Source of the DNA: Octopus sinensis
Taxonomy: Eukaryota
Assembly (NCBI RefSeq): GCF_006345805.1
Contig: NC_042998.1
Location: 45,384,001 to 45,448,000 of the forward strand
Direction of reading: 5' to 3'
DNA length: 64,000 nucleotides
Part shown: positions 61,400 through 64,000 of the stretch, piece after piece
Numbering within the stretch: position 1 is the first letter of the stretch
Layout: each line of letters opens with the position of its first letter
Program-made: the position numbers and the translations under genes
Notes under the pieces: generated by a model
Told to the model about the DNA's origin: nothing
Database searches by the model: none
The model's input: only the letters and a program-made list of their open reading frames with translations

Positions 61400-63400
61400 A
61401 CAAAAACAAGCACGTACGCATTTACGCGCGCCTGTGCATTGTTTCATCCGTCCGCATAACTCCAGTCAGCATGGAATAACAGGCGTTAGACGTTAAAATT
61501 GATGCGTGGTGGCGTGTTCTCCCACTGACATTGTTTTCCTACAACTTTCTTTAAAATGCACATTTTTAAATAAAAATTTCCAGAAATACATTTTAAATAG
61601 CGCAGATTACGATACGAGGGGGGAAAAAAACATTGAAAATAGGCAATAAATGGGAGAAGGGGAATCGTTTCACAAACCCACAATGGGCTTTTAATGAATT
61701 TTTTTTTATATATTTAAATTTTTCAGATAAGTCTTCGAGTATGTAGTCTTTATAAAATAGGGGAGGGAGTAAAATTGTAACCTAAAAAATTTTATTGAAA
61801 GATATGCATTTGACTAAGTCCAAGGAAGAGGTATGATCCTCCAAAGAAAAGAAAAAAAAAATTCGTTAAAAATTATCTATAAGAAAGTTATGACGAAAAA
61901 CAAGGTCGGTGGGGAGTACACTCCTGTGCCTATTTTATCTTATCTAAACAAAGATGTTCATACAATTTATACCAATCACACTACACCTGAAAATAGTCCA
62001 GTAAAACGAGTGCAAACGTTTAAATAACCCCTATCATACAATTCCCTACAACTTTTTTTTTTGCCATGTGATGAATTCCATTTTAAACTTCGCCGTTAGT
62101 GAACAAAAATTACTTTGGGATTTTAGCTGACATTAAACAAAGCCCTACAGATGTTTCTTTTCAGTTTCATAAATTACCGCAGAAAAACCTATATATTGGC
62201 ATCATTTCTTAAAAGTATACATGGCAAGCAATTCCACTGACTAAAGAAACTACAACGCATAACTGATCTGACTGAAAAACCGCAGCAAGCAATAAATTAT
62301 GACTATTAGACCGTATCTACTCATTTAAAATATCTACCATATGCATGTATTAAAATGCCACGTGTATGACCTATATTGTCTTTAAAATAAAAGTAGACAA
62401 GTAAAATCGTCAGCAGATATATTATAAAAAAATATTTGAATTGCTTTTGACAAGCTGCTATGTAATATAAATGGCCAAATATAAATTCGGTTCATATATC
62501 GCCCTTTGCCCATTTGCAGTACAAAAGAGGGAGAAAGCTAACTAAATAATTGGCGATCAGCTGACAAGAGACAAAAAAGAATGTAGAGCATGGTATCAAT
62601 TTTCAATTACAGAACGAGGAAAAGAAATAATAAAGGCTCCATAGAAAATAAATTTATCAACGAGGATGACGCACAACGATGATGATCGTTACCAGGCGCA
62701 CGTGCGTCACTGATGAAAGCCGGTATCCCTGCAGTGAGACACTTTCAGACATATGGTTCTGTTGATTTCACATTCTTTCCTCTTGACATGCAAATAGCTT
62801 CAACGGACAACTACATTGGGAAATAATTTTATCGAGATCTCATTAGGCTGTTCAAACTGAATAAATAACGGATTTAAAAGCAGCCAATTTGTGGGGAAAA
62901 AATACTCAGCGAATTCACAAAAGGGGGATATAGATATAATTGAATAGTAAACCCAAAATTTCTAAAATGTATAAATTCAATATATTTAGTATTCAATTTT
63001 TACTATCAAGATTAGGTTCCGAAAGAATTACTAGCTGGATAGAAATCTCTCTCGCTATAAATATATAAACACACAGACACAATGCGCTCGCGCACTGATG
63101 GTTCTATTATTTTTTCTTATTAATAGCATAAGTTTTGACATTTTAATATGTACATAATTTTTTTACAAGCATCAGATTCGTTCGGAAATCCTCGCAACCT
63201 CTCTTCTGACTGTCCACATTATTTCACATTTGAATAAATTAACCAGTAACGCTACAACATGCCCTCTTAAGTACAAGTTTCAATGCCTGTAAAGTGCGAT
63301 CGCCTGGCTAGGGTCGCCCTGGTGTAATTAATCCCCTATATACTACAGCAGTCAGTAGCCATCTTCTCACAACATTTTAGCAGTTGCTACTAAAAGCCAG
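61400..63400 (-). promoter_or_regulatory. Probable promoter/5' region of the PGC-1 family gene
   Basis: Largely repeat-free with locally retained CpG. CGCACGTGCG palindrome plus CGTCA at about 62697-62709; NRF-1-like TGCGCTCGCGCA at 63083-63094. TSS not determinable. Confidence 0.3.
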
Positions 63401-64000
63401 TTATTCATTTCCGTCAGCTATTTCCCATCCAACACCAATTACAAGAGTTACTAAGCCTAATACATAAAACAACAGTTTCCTCAGACTAGATAGGAGATGG
63501 AGACCAAGTGGAACTATAAATTAAATGTTTGCAAAGCTTTAACTCAAAGCCAGATTTGAACAAACACAATGGAAGTAATGTTTGCAAAGCTTAAACTCCA
63601 AAACCAGATTTAAAATAAAGCACAGTGAAAAAGTAGAGGAGGGGGCAAATAGGATTGAAAACAAACTGGTTTTATAAGCTTCTGCAAAACAAATTATCAC
63701 AGGATAATTTTGGTTAAGAGAGTTGAAACCTCTCGCTAGTAATGAATGACTTCGTGTGTTGAGAGAGAAAGAAATTGCTTTTTAGTCTAGGAGACCTGAA
63801 ATTAGCAGTTTATTTGCCTCTTATGTGGTACAAAGGAAATCAAAGACTTAAGTCCTTGGTAACGGCGACCAGTACTAAAAATAAATTCCATGGAAAGTGT
63901 TTGTTATGAGACGAGGTGAAGGAAGAAAAAAGCAACATGTCCACTGTCCGGTTGAATGACCTGTGAACAAAAAACGACAGGGCGACAGGTTGCTTGCTAC

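Overview
AT-rich, repeat-dense animal genomic DNA. The SINE families and microsatellite load look like an octopod cephalopod (Octopus); this is an inference from repeat families. Two multi-exon genes lie tail-to-tail. On the + strand are the last 8 coding exons (5028-24019) of a TBC1D12/TBC1D14-type Rab-GAP, which splice in frame through GT-AG junctions with intact IxxDxxR and YxQ catalytic fingers. On the - strand is a PGC-1 family coactivator (PPRC1/PPARGC1/spargel-like; resolved exons 54232 down to 38154, N-terminal exons unresolved up to about 63.4 kb or beyond) with a DHDY HCF-binding motif, an RS/SP-rich region, an RRM and a C-terminal FxxLL. Introns and the intergenic space hold tRNA-derived SINEs, a young 5'-truncated RTE LINE with a PHD finger inside its RT, CR1 and other LINE remnants, a near full-length dead mariner, piggyBac/hAT/pogo-like MITEs, Helitrons, fold-back elements and Penelope-like fragments. 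Most notable: a hammerhead-ribozyme/retrozyme-like unit split by an insertion (~32.2-32.5 kb), possible ancient TBC1D12/14-PGC-1 linkage, a Cys-rich segment in the PGC-1 homologue, a 764-bp tandem duplication, and a 190-bp ectopic copy shared by introns of the two genes. No prokaryotic features, CRISPR array, rRNA or true tRNA are supported.
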